A model generated the notes under the pieces. The model did no database searches. It saw only the letters and a program-made list of their open reading frames with translations, and was not told where the DNA came from. From the NCBI RefSeq assembly GCF_009914755.1, contig NC_060948.1: a DNA stretch of 64,000 bases; one strand, written 5' to 3'. The translations under genes were made by a program, and so were the position numbers. Position 1 is the stretch's first letter; the number at the start of each line of letters is the position of its first letter. Positions 28,473-41,787 of this stretch are shown here, in pieces. Origin of the DNA: the human T2T-CHM13v2.0 reference genome, Homo sapiens.

Positions 28473-31400
28473 TTGAATGGAATAGAACAGAATGGAATCA
28501 AATCGAATGAAATGGAATGGAATAGAAAGGAATGGAATGAAATGGAATGGAAAGGATTCGAATGGAATGCAATCGAATGGAATGGAATCGAACGGAATGG
28601 AATAAAATGGAAGAAAACTGGCAAGAAATGGAATCGAAATGAATGGAGTGTTATGGAACGGACTCAAAAGGAATTGAATGTAATAGAATGGAGTGGAGTG
28701 GACTCGAATATAATGGACTGGAATGGAATGAAATCACATGGAATGGGAACGAATGGAATGGAATGGAAAGGAATGGAATCGAATGGAAAGGAATCGAATG
28801 GAAGGGAATGAAATTGAATCAACAGGAATGGAAGGGAATAGAATAGACGGTAATGGAATGGACTCGAATAGAATGGACACGAATGCTCAAATTAAATGGA
28901 CTCGAATGGAATGGAAACGAAAGGAATGTCATCGAATGGAATTGAATCGATTGGAATGAAATCGCATAGAATGGAGTGGAATCAAATGGAATTGAATCGA
29001 AAGGAAAGGAAGCGAATGGACTGAAATGAAATGGAATGGAATTGAATGGAAAGTAATGCAATGGAATAGAATGGAACGAAATTTCACGGAATGGAATCAA
29101 ACTGAATGGAATCAAATCAATGGAATCAAATCAAATGGAATGGAAAGGAATTGAATGGAGTAGATGGGATTGGATGGGATTGGAATGAAATGTACTGGAA
29201 AGGACTCGAATTTCATGAAACGGAATGGAATGAATTGGAACGGAATGGACTCGAATGGAATGGAATGTCATGGGATGGCATCAAATGGAATGACATCAAA
29301 TGGAATGGAATCGAATGCAATGGAATGCTAAGGAATGGAATGGAATGCATTGGAATGGAATGTCCTCTAATGGAATGGATTCGAGTGGAATGGAATCGAA
29401 TATAATGGAGTCGAATGAAATGGAATTGAAAGGAATGGGATCGAATACAATGGAATATACTGGAATATAACGTAATGAACTCGAATGTAATTGACTGGAA
29501 TGGAATGTACATGAATGGAATGTAATCGAATGGAAAGTAATCCAATGGAATAGAATCTAATGCAATAAAATCGACTCAGATAGAGTAGAATGTAATGGAA
29601 TGGAGTGCAGTGCAATGGAATGGAATGGAATGGAATGCAATGGAATGGAATGGAATGGAATGGGATGGAATGGAATGGAATGGAATGGAATGGAATGGGA
29701 TGGAATGGTATGGAATGGATAGTAATGGACTGGAGTGAAATGGACTGGAAAGGAATGGACCCAAATTGAAAGGTCTCGAAAGGAATGGAGTCAAATGGAA
29801 TGGTCTGGAATGGAATGAACACGAATGTAATGCAACCCAATAGAATGGAATCGAATGGCATGGAATATAAAGAAATGGAATCGAAGAGAATGGAAACAAA
29901 TGGAATGGAATTGAATGGAATGGGAACGAATGGAGTGAAATTGTATGCAGTAGAAGAGAATAGAATGGAATGCAAGCGAAAGGAAAGGAATGGATTGGAA
30001 TGGAATGGAATTCATTGGAATGGAAGGGAATGTAGTGTAATGGACAGGCCTGGAATAAAGTGGAATGCTACGGTCTCGAATGGAATAAAAATGTATGGAA
30101 TGGAATGCAATGAAACGGAATCGAATGTCATAGAATGTAATGGAATGCAAAAAAATGGAATCCAAAATCATTGACAGGAAAGGCTGGGTGTCGAAAGGAA
30201 TTGACTCCAATGGAATGGAATCGAATGGAATGGAAGTGAATAGAATCGAACTAAATCGAATGGAATGGAATTGATAGGAACGGAATGGAAAGGAATGCAA
30301 TGATTTGGCATGGAATGGAATCGAATGGCATCGAATGGAATGCAATGGAATGGAATGTATTAGAATGTAATGAACTTTAATGGAATGTACTCGAATGGAT
30401 TCGACTGGAATGGAATGTTCTGGAAGTGAATGGACTCCAATGGAATGGATTCCAAAGGAATGGAATCGTACGGAATGGAATCTAATGGAATGGAATTAAA
30501 TGGAAATGAATCAAATTGAATAGCACGGAATTGAATTGAATGGAATGGAATGCAATGGAATCTAATGAAACGGAAAGGAAAGGAATGGAATGGAATGGAA
30601 TGGGCTGGAATGGAAAGGAATCGAAACGAATGGAATGGAATCGAAGTGAAGAGACTGCAATGGAATGCACTGGAATGGAAGGTTCTCGAAATAAATGGAA
30701 TCGAATGGAATGGAATTGAATGGAACGGAATAGTGTCGAATGGAATTGAATGGAATGGAATGGACTAGAGTGAAATGGAATCGAACCACAAGGAATGGAC
30801 AGGAATAGAATGGTCTCGAATTGAATGGAATCGTATGGAATGGCATCAAACGGAATGGAATGGACAGCCACGGAATGGAATGCACTCGAATGCAATGGAG
30901 TCGAAACTAATGGACTGGAATAGAATGGACTCGACTGGTACGGACTCCAATGTAATGGAATCGAATGGAAGGGAATCGAACGGAAGGGAATCGAACGGAA
31001 TGGACTCGAAGGGAAAAGACTGCAATGGAAAGGTCTCGAATGGAATGGAAATTAATGGAATGGAATGGAATCGAATGAAATGGAGTCAAAAGGAATGGAA
31101 TCGAATGGCAAGAAATCGAATGTAATGGAATCGCCAGGAATTGATGTGAACGGAACGGAATGGAATGGAATCCAAAGGAATGGAATAGAATGGAATGGAA
31201 TCGAATGGAAAGGACTCGAATGGAAATCACTCGAATAGAATGCAATTTAATAAAATAGGATCAAATGTAATGGAATGGAATGGAAAGGAATCGAAAGAAA
31301 GGAATGGAGACAGATGGAATGGAATGGAACAGAGAACAATGGTATAGAATGGAATGGAATCATCTGGAATGGAATTGAATGGAATGGAATAATATGAAAT

Positions 31401-32025
31401 GGAATGGAATGGAATGGAATGGAATGCCCTTGAATTAAATGGACTGGAATGGAATGGACTCAAACAGAGTGGAATGGAAAGTGTGGAGATAGAATGGAAT
31501 GAACTCCTTTGGAATGGTGTAGTATGCAATGCAATCGACTGGCAGGGAATCAAAAGGAATGTAATCGAATGGATTGGACTGGAATGCAATGGACTCGAAT
31601 AGATTGGAAACGGAATGCAAAGGAATGGAATGGAATAGTATGGAATGCAATGGAAGGGAATGGAGTGGAATAGACTAGAGTGGAATGGAATGGACTGGAA
31701 AGCAATGGACTGGAATGGAACTTTCTTGGATGGACTGGAATCAAACGGAATGGAATGCAATGCAATCAAATGGCATGGAATAAAATAGAATGAAAGAGAA
31801 TCAAATGGAATTGAATCGAATGGAATCGAATGGATTGGAAAGGAATAGAATGGAATGGAATGGAATTGACTCAAATGGAATGGACTAGAATGGAATGGAT
31901 TCGAATGGAAGGCAAAGGAATGGAATCTATTGGAATGGACTGTAATGGAATGGAATGGAAGGGATTGGAATGGACTCGAATGGAATGGACTGCAATAGAA
32001 AGGATTCGAATGGAATGAAAAAGAA
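28473..32025. repeat. DYZ1 monomer 9 (3553 bp), haplotype 'C'
   Basis: GACATC (~29292), ATTGACAGG (~30170), 15-bp deletion (~30680), TCGAAAGAAAGG (~31291). Confidence 0.9.
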
Positions 32026-35000
32026 TTGAATGGAATAGAACAGAATGGAATCAAATCGAATGAAATGGAATGGAATAGAAAGGAATGGAATGAAATGGAA
32101 TGGAAAGGATTCGAATGGAATGCAATCGAATGGAATGGAATCGAACGGAATGGAATAAAATGGAAGAAAACTGGCAAGAAATGGAATCGAAATGAATGGA
32201 GTGTTATGGAACGGACTCAAAAGGAATTGAATGTAATAGAATGGAGTGGAGTGGACTCGAATATAATGGACTGGAATGGAATGAAATCACATGGAATGGG
32301 AACGAATGGAATGGAATGGAAAGGAATGGAATCGAATGGAAAGGAATCGAATGGAAGGGAATGAAATTGAATCAACAGGAATGGAAGGGAATAGAATAGA
32401 CGGTAATGGAATGGACTCGAATAGAATGGACACGAATGCTCAAATTAAATGGACTCGAATGGAATGGAAACGAAAGGAATGTCATCGAATGGAATTGAAT
32501 CGATTGGAATGAAATCGCATAGAATGGAGTGGAATCAAATGGAATTGAATCGAAAGGAAAGGAAGCGAATGGACTGAAATGAAATGGAATGGAATTGAAT
32601 GGAAAGTAATGCAATGGAATAGAATGGAACGAAATTTCACGGAATGGAATCAAACTGAATGGAATCAAATCAATGGAATCTAATCAAATGGAATGGAAAG
32701 GAATTGAATGGAGTAGATGGGATTGGATGGGATTGGAATGAAATGTACTGGAAAGGACTCGAATTTCATGAAACGGAATGGAATGAATTGGAACGGAATG
32801 GACTCGAATGGAATGGAATGTCATGGGATGGCATCAAATGGAATGACATCAAATGGAATGGAATCGAATGCAATGGAATGCTATGGAATGGAATGGAATG
32901 CATTAGAATGGAATGTCCTCTAATGGAATGGATTCGAGTGGAATGGAATCGAATATAATGGAGTCGAATGAAATGGAATTGAAAGGAATGGGATCGAATA
33001 CAATGGAATATACTGGAATGTAACGTAATGAACTCGAATGTAATTGACTGGAATGGAATGTACATGAATGGAATGTAATCGAATGGAAAGTAATCGAATG
33101 GAATAGAATCTAATGCAATAAAATCGACTCAGATAGAGTAGAATGTAATGGAATGGAGTGCAGTGCAATGGAATGGAATGGAATGGAATGCAATGGAATG
33201 GAATGGAATGGAATGGAATGGAATGGAATGGGATGGAATGGTATGGAATGGATAGTAATGGACTGGAGTGAAATGGACTGGAAAGGAATGGACTCAAATT
33301 GAAAGGGCTCGAAAGGAATGGAGTCAAATGGAATGGTCTGGAATGGAATGAACACGAATGTAATGCAACCCAATAGAATGGAATCGAATGGCATGGAATA
33401 TAAAGAAATGGAATCGAAGAGAATGGAAACAAATGGAATGGAATTGAATGGAATGGAATTGAATGGAATGGGAACGAATGGAGTGAAATTGTATGCAGTA
33501 GAAGAGAATAGAATGGAATGCAAGCGAAAGGAAAGGAATGGATTGGAATGGAATGGAATTCATTGGAATGGAAGGGAATGTAGTGTAATGGACAGGCCTG
33601 GAATAAAGTGGAATGCTACGGTCTCGAATGGAATAAAAATGTATGGAATGGAATGCAATGAAACGGAATCGAATGTCATAGAATGTAATGGAATGCAAAA
33701 AAATGGAATCCAAAATCATTGACTGGAAAGGCTGGGTGTCGAAAGGAATTGACTCCAATGGAATGGAATCGAATGAAATGGAAGTGAATAGAATCGAACT
33801 AAATCGAATGGAATGGAATTGATAGGAACGGAATGGAAAGGAATGCAATGATTTGGCATGGAATGGAATCGAATGGCATCGAATGGAATGGAATGGAATG
33901 CAATGGAATGGAATGTATTAGAATGTAATGAACTTTAATGGAATGTACTCGAATGGATTCGACTGGAATGGAATGTTCTGGAAGTGAATGGACTCCAATG
34001 GAATGGATTCCAAAGGAATGGAATCGTACGGAATGGAATCTAATGGAATGGAATTAAATGGAAATGAATCAAATTGAATAGCACGGAATTGAATTGAATG
34101 GAATGGAATGCAATGGAATCTAATGAAACGGAAAGGAAAGGAATGGAATGGAATGGAATGGGCTGGAATGGAAAGGAATCGAAACGAATGGAATGGAATC
34201 GAAGTGAAGAGACTGCAATGGAATGCACTGGAATGGAAAGTTCTCGAAAAAAATGGAATCGAATGGAATGGAATTGAATGGAACGGAATAGTGTCGAATG
34301 GAATTGAATGGAATGGAATGGACTAGAGTGAAATGGAATCGAACCACAAGGAATGGACAGGAATAGAATGGTCTCGAATTGAATGGAATCGTATGGAATG
34401 GCATCAAACGGAATGGAATGGACAGCCACGGAATGGAATGCACTCGAATGCAATGGAGTCGAAACTAATGGACTGGAATAGAATGGACTCGACTGGTACG
34501 GACTCCAATGGAATGGAATCGAATGGAAGGGAATCGAACGGAAGGGAATCGAACGGAATGGACTCGAAGGGAAAAGACTGCAATGGAAAGGTCTCGAATT
34601 GAATGGAAATTAATGGAATGGAATGGAATCGAATGAAATGGAGTCAAAAGGAATGGAATCGAATGGCAAGAAATCGAATGTAATGGAATCGCCAGGAATT
34701 GATGTCAACGGAACGGAATGGAATGGAATCCAAAGGAATGGAATAGAATGGAATGGAATCGAATGGAAAGGACTCGAATGGAAATCACTCGAATAGAATG
34801 CAATTTAATAAAATAGGATCAAATGTAATGGAATGGAATGGAAAGGAATCGAAACGAAAGGAATGGAGACAGATGGAATGGAATGGAACAGAGAGCAATG
34901 GTATAGAATGGAATGGAATCATCTGGAATGGAATTGAATGGAATGGAATAATATGAAATGGAATGGAATGGAATGGAATGGAATGCCCTTGAATTAAATG

Positions 35001-35584
35001 GACTGGAATGGAATGGACTCAAACAGAGTGGAATGGAAAGTGTGGAGATAGAATGGAATGAACTCCTTTGGAATGGTGTAGTTTGCAATGCAATCGACTG
35101 GCAGGGAATCAAAAGGAATGTAATCGAATGGATTGGACTGGAATGCAATGGACTCGAATAGATTGGAAACGGAATGCAAAGGAATGGAATGGAATAGTAT
35201 GGAATGCAATGGAAGGGAATGGAGTGGAATAGACTAGAGTGGAATGGAATGGACTGGAAAGCAATGGACTGGAATGGAACTTTCTTGGATGGACTGGAAT
35301 CAAACGGAATGGAATGCAATGCAATCAAATGGCATGGAATAAAATAGAATGAAAGAGAATCAAATGGAATTGAATCGAATGGAATCGAATGGATTGGAAA
35401 GGAATAGAATGGAATGGAATGGAATTGACTCAAATGGAATGGACTAGAATGGAATGGATTCGAATGGAAGGCAAAGGAATGGAATCTATTGGAATGGACT
35501 GTAATGGAATGGAATGGAAGGGATTGGAATGGACTCGAATGGAATGGACTGCAATAGAAAGGATTCGAATGGAATGAAAAAGAA
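32026..35584. repeat. DYZ1 monomer 10 (3559 bp)
   Basis: C markers to ~34.3 kb, then markers shared with monomers 11-12. Confidence 0.9.
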
Positions 35585-38203
35585 TTGAATGGAATAGAAC
35601 AGAATGGAATCAAATCGAATGAAATGGAATGGAATAGAAAGGAATGGAATGAAATGGAATGGAAAGGATTCGAATGGAATGCAATCGAATGGAATGGAAT
35701 CGAACGGAATGGAATAAAATGGAAGAAAACTGGCAAGAAATGGAATCGAAATGAATGGAGTGTTATGGAACGGACTCAAAAGGAATTGAATGTAACAGAA
35801 TGGAGTGGAGTGGACTCGAATATAATGGACTGGAATGGAATGAAATCACATGGAATGGGAACGAATGGAATGGAATGGAAAGGAATGGAATCGAATGGAA
35901 AGGAATCGAATGGAAGGGAATGAAATTGAATCAACAGGAATGGAAGGGAATAGAATAGACTGTAATGGAATGGACTCGAATAGAATGGACACGAATGCTC
36001 AAATTAAATGGACTCGAATGGAATGGAAACGAAAGGAATGTCATCGAATGGAATTGAATCGATTGGAATGAAATCGCATAGAATGGAGTGGAATCAAATG
36101 GAATTGAATCGAAAGGAAAGGAAGCGAATGGACTGAAATGAAATGGAATGGAATTGAATGGAAAGTAATGCAATGGAATAGAATGGAACGAAATTTCACG
36201 GAATGGAATCAAACTGAATGGAATCAAATCAATGGAATCAAATCAAATGGAATGGAAAGGAATTGAATGGAGTAGATGGGATTGGATGGGATTGGAATGA
36301 AATGTACTGGAAAGGACTCGAATTTCATGAAACGGAATGGAATGAATTGGAACGGAATGGACTCGAATGGAATGGAATGTCATGGGATGGCATCAAATGT
36401 AATGGCATCAAATGGAATGGAATCGAATGCAATGGAATGCTATGGAATGGAATGGAATGCATTGGAATGGAATGTCCTCTAATGGAATGGATTCGAGTGG
36501 AATGGAATCGAATATAATGGAGTCGAATGAAATGGAATTGAAAGGAATGGGATCGAATACAATGGAATATACTGGAATGTAACGTAATGAACTCGAATGT
36601 AATTGACTGGAATGGAATGTACATGAATGGAATGTAATCGAATGGAAAGTAATCGAATGGAATAGAATCTAATGCAATAAAATCGACTCAGATAGAGTAG
36701 AATGTAATGGAATGGAGTGCAGTGCAATGGAATGGAATGGAATGGAATGCAATGGAATGGAATGGGCTGGAATGGAAAGGAATCGAAACGAATGGAATGG
36801 AATCGAACTGAAGAGACTGGAATGGAATGCACTGGAATGGAAGGGAGTGTAATGGAAGGTTCTCGAAAAAAATGGAATCGAATGGAATGGAATTGAATGG
36901 AACGGAATAGAGTCGAATGGAATTGAATGGAATGGAATGGACTAGAGTGAAATGGAATCGAACCACAAGGAATGGACAGGAATAGAATGGTCTCGAATTG
37001 AATGGAATCGTATGGAATGGCATCAAACGGAATGGAATGGACAGCCACGGAATGGAATGCACTCGAATGCAATGGAGTCGAAACTAATGGACTGGAATAG
37101 AATGGACTCGACTGGTACGGACTCCAATGGAATGGAATCGAATGGAAGGGAATCGAACGGAAGGGAATCGAACGGAATGGACTCGAAGGGAAAAGACTGC
37201 AATGGAAAGGTCTCGAATGGAATGGAAATTAATGGAATGGAATGGAATCGAATGAAATGGAGTCAAAAGGAATCGAATCGAATGGCAAGAAATCGAATGT
37301 AATGGAATCGCCAGGAATTGATGTGAACGGAACGGAATGGAATGGAATCCAAAGGAATGGAATAGAATGGAATGGAATCGAATGGAAAGGACTCGAATGG
37401 AAATCACTCGAATAGAATGCAATTTAATAAAATAGGATCAAATGTAATGGAATGGAATGGAAAGGAATCGAAACGAAAGGAATGGAGACAGATGGAATGG
37501 AATGGAACAGAGAGCAATGGTATAGAATGGAATGGAATCATCTGGAATGGAATTGAATGGAATGGAATAATATGAAATGGAATGGAATGGAATGGAATGG
37601 AATGCCCTTGAATTAAATGGACTGGAATGGAATGGACTCAAACAGAGTGGAATGGAAAGTGTGGAGATAGAATGGAATGAACTCCTTTGGAATGGTGTAG
37701 TATGCAATGCAATAGACTGGCAGGGAATCAAAAGGAATGTAATCGAATGGATTGGACTGGAATGCAATGGACTCGAATAGATTGGAAACGGAATGCAAAG
37801 GAATGGAATGGAATAGTATGGAATGCAATGGAAGGGAATGGAGTGGAATAGACTAGAGTGGAATGGAATGGACTGGAAAGCAATGGACTGGAATGGAACT
37901 TTCTTGGATGGACTGGAATCAAACGGAATGGAATGCAATGCAGTCAAATGGCATGGAATAAAATAGAATGAAAGAGAATCAAATGGAATTGAATCGAATG
38001 GAATCGAATGGATTGGAAAGGAATAGAATGGAATGGAATGGAATTGACTCAAATGGAATGGACTAGATTGGAATGGATTCGAATGGAAGGCAAAGGAATG
38101 GAATCTATTGGAATGGACTGTAATGGAATGGAATGGAAGGGATTGGAATGGACTCGAATGGAATGGACTGCAATAGAAAGGATTCGAATGGAATGAAAAA
38201 GAA
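35585..38203. repeat. DYZ1 monomer 11, internally deleted (2619 bp)
   Basis: Junction at 36744-36765 joins the GTGCAGTGCAATGG region directly to GGGCTGG. Lacks the HaeIII and EcoRI landmarks. Confidence 0.93.
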
Positions 38204-41200
38204 TTGAATGGAATAGAACAGAATGGAATCAAATCGAATGAAATGGAATGGAATAGAAAGGAATGGAATGAAATGGAATGGAAAGGATTCGAATGGAATG
38301 CAATCGAATGGAATGGAATCGAACGGAATGGAATAAAATGGAAGAAAACTGGCAAGAAATGGAATCGAAATGAATGGAGTGTTATGGAACGGACTCAAAA
38401 GGAATTGAATGTAACAGAATGGAGTGGAGTGGACTCGAATATAATGGACTGGAATGGAATGAAATCACATGGAATGGGAACGAATGGAATGGAATGGAAA
38501 GGAATGGAATCGAATGGAAAGGAATCGAATGGAAGGGAATGAAATTGAATCAACAGGAATGGAAGGGAATAGAATAGACGGTAATGGAATGGACTCGAAT
38601 AGAATGGACACGAATGCTCAAATTAAATGGACTCGAATGGAATGGAAACGAAAGGAATGTCATCGAATGGAATTGAATCGATTGCAATGAAATCGCATAG
38701 AATGGAGTGGAATCAAATGGAATTGAATCGAAAGGAAAGGAAGCGAATGGACTGAAATGAAATGGAATGGAATTGAATGGAAAGTAATGCAATGGAATAG
38801 AATGGAACGAAATTTCACGGAATGGAATCAAACTGAATGGAATCAAATCAATGGAATCAAATCAAATGGAATGGAAAGGAATTGAATGGAGTAGATGGGA
38901 TTGGATGGGATTGGAATGAAATGTACTGGAAAGGACTCGAATTTCATGAAACGGAATGGAATGAATTGGAACGGAATGGACTCGAATGGAATGGAATGTC
39001 ATGGGATGGCATCAAATGTAATGGCATCAAATGGAATGGAATCGAATGCAATGGAATGCTATGGAATGGAATGGAATGCATTGGAATGGAATGTCCTCTA
39101 ATGGAATGGATTCGAGTGGAATGGAATTGAATATAATGGAGTCGAATGAAATGGAATTGAAAGGAATGGGATCGAATACAATGGAATATACTGGAATGTA
39201 ACGTTATGAACTCGAATGTAATTGACTGGAATGGAATGTACATGAATGGAATGTAATCGAATGGAAAGTAATCCAATGGAATAGAATCTAATGCAATAAA
39301 ATCGACTCAGATAGAGTAGAATGTAATGGAATGGAGTGCAGTGCAATGGAATGGAATGGAATGGAATGCAATGGAATGGAATGGAATGGAATGGAATGGA
39401 ATGGAATGGAATGGAATGGGATGGAATGGTATGGAATGGATAGTAATGGACTGGAGTGAAATGGACTGGAAAGGAATGGACTCAAATTGAAAGGGCTCGA
39501 AAGGAATGGAGTCAAATGGAATGGTCTGGAATGGAATGAACACGAATGTAATGCAACCCAATAGAATGGAATCGAATGGCATGGAATATAAAGAAATGGA
39601 ATCGAAGAGAATGGAAACAAATGGAATGGAATTGAATGGAATGGAATTGAATGGAATGGGAACGAATGGAGGGAAATTGTATGCAGTAGAAGAGAATAGA
39701 ATGGAATGCAAGCGAAAGGAAAGGAATGGATTGGAATGGAATGGAATTCATTGGAATGGAAGGGAATGTAGTGTAATGGACAGGCCTGGAATAAAGTGGA
39801 ATGCTACGGTCTCGAATGGAATAAAAATACATGGAATGGAATGCAATGAAACGGAATCGAATGTCATAGAATGTAATGGAATGCAAAAAAATGGAATCCA
39901 AAATCATTGACTGGAAAGTCTGGGAGTCGAAAGGAATTGACTCCAATGGAATGGAATCGAATGGAATGGAAGTGAATAGAATCGAACTAAATCGAATGGA
40001 ATGGAATTGATAGGAACGGAATGGAAAGGAATGCAATGATTTGGCATGGAATGGAATCGAATGGCATCGAATGGAATGGAATGGAATGCAATGGAATGGA
40101 ATGTATTAGAATGTAATGAACTTTAATGGAATGTACTCGAATGGATTCGACTGGAATGGAATGTTCTGGAAGTGAATGGACTCCAATGGAATGGATTCAA
40201 AAGGAATGGAATCGTACGGAATGGAATCTAATGGAATGGAATTAAATGGAAATGAATCAAATTGAATAGCACGGAATTAAATTGAATGGAATCGAATGCA
40301 ATGGAATCTAATGAAACGGAAAGGAAAGGAATGCAATGGAATGGAATGGGCTGGAATGGAAAGGAATCGAAACGAATGGAATGGAATCGAACTGAAGAGA
40401 CTGGAATGGAATGCACTGGAATGGAAGGGAGTGTAATGGAAGGTTCTCGAAAAAAATGGAATCGAATGGAATGGAATTGAATGGAACGGAATAGAGTCGA
40501 ATGGAATTGAATGGAATGGAATGGACTAGAGTGAAATGGAATCGAACCACAAGGAATGGACAGGAATAGAATGGTCTCGAATTGAATGGAATCGTATGGA
40601 ATGGCATCAAACGGAATGGAATGGACAGCCACGGAATGGAATGCACTCGAATGCAATGGAGTCGAAACTAATGGACTGGAATAGAATGGACTCGACTGGT
40701 ACGGACTCCAATGGAATGGAATCGAATGGAAGGGAATCGAACGGAAGGGAATCGAACGGAATGGACTCGAAGGGAAAAGACTGCAATGGAAAGGTCTCGA
40801 ATGGAATGGAAATTAATGGAATGGAATGGAATCGAATGAAATGGAGTCAAAAGGAATCGAATCGAATGGCAAGAAATCGAATGTAATGGAATCGCCAGGA
40901 ATTGTTGTGAACGGAACGGAATGGAATAGAATCCAAAGGAATGGAATAGAATGGAATGGAATCGAATGGAAAGGACTCGAATGGAAATCACTCGAATAGA
41001 ATGCAATTTAATAAAATAGGATCAAATGTAATGGAATGGAATGGAAAGGAATCGAAACGAAAGGAATGGAGACAGATGGAATGGAATGGAACAGAGAGCA
41101 ATGGTATAGAATGGAATGGAATCATCTGGAATGGAATTGAATGGAATGGAATAATATGAAATGGAATGGAATGGAATGGAATGGAATGCCCTTGAATTAA

Positions 41201-41787
41201 ATGGACTGGAATGGAATGGACTCAAACAGACTGGAATGGAAAGTGTGGAGATAGAATGGAATGAACTCCTTTGGAATGGTGTAGTATGCAATGCAATAGA
41301 CTGGCAGGGAATCAAAAGGAATGTAATCGAATGGATTGGACTGGAATGCAATGGACTCGAATAGATTGGAAACGGAATGCAAAGGAATGGAATGGAATAG
41401 TATGGAATGCAATGGAAGGGAATGGAGTGGAATAGACTAGAGTGGAATGGAATGGACTGGAAAGCAATGCACTGGAATGGAACTTTCTTGGATGGACTGG
41501 AATCAAACGGAATGGAATGCAATGCAATCAAATGGCATGGAATAAAATAGAATGAAAGAGAATCAAATGGAATTGAATCGAATGGAATCGAATGGATTGG
41601 AAAGGAATAGAATGGAATGGAATGGAATTGACTCAAATGGAATGGACTAGAATGGAATGGATTCGAATGGAAGGCAAAGGAATGGAATCTATTGGAATGG
41701 ACTGTAATGGAATGGAATGGAAGGGATTGGAATGGACTCGAATGGAATGGACTGCAATAGAAAGGATTCGAATGGAATGAAAAAGAA
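38204..41787. repeat. DYZ1 monomer 12 (3584 bp)
   Basis: Shares GTAACAGAA, CATCAAATGTAATGG and GCAATAGACTGG with monomer 11. Confidence 0.9.
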
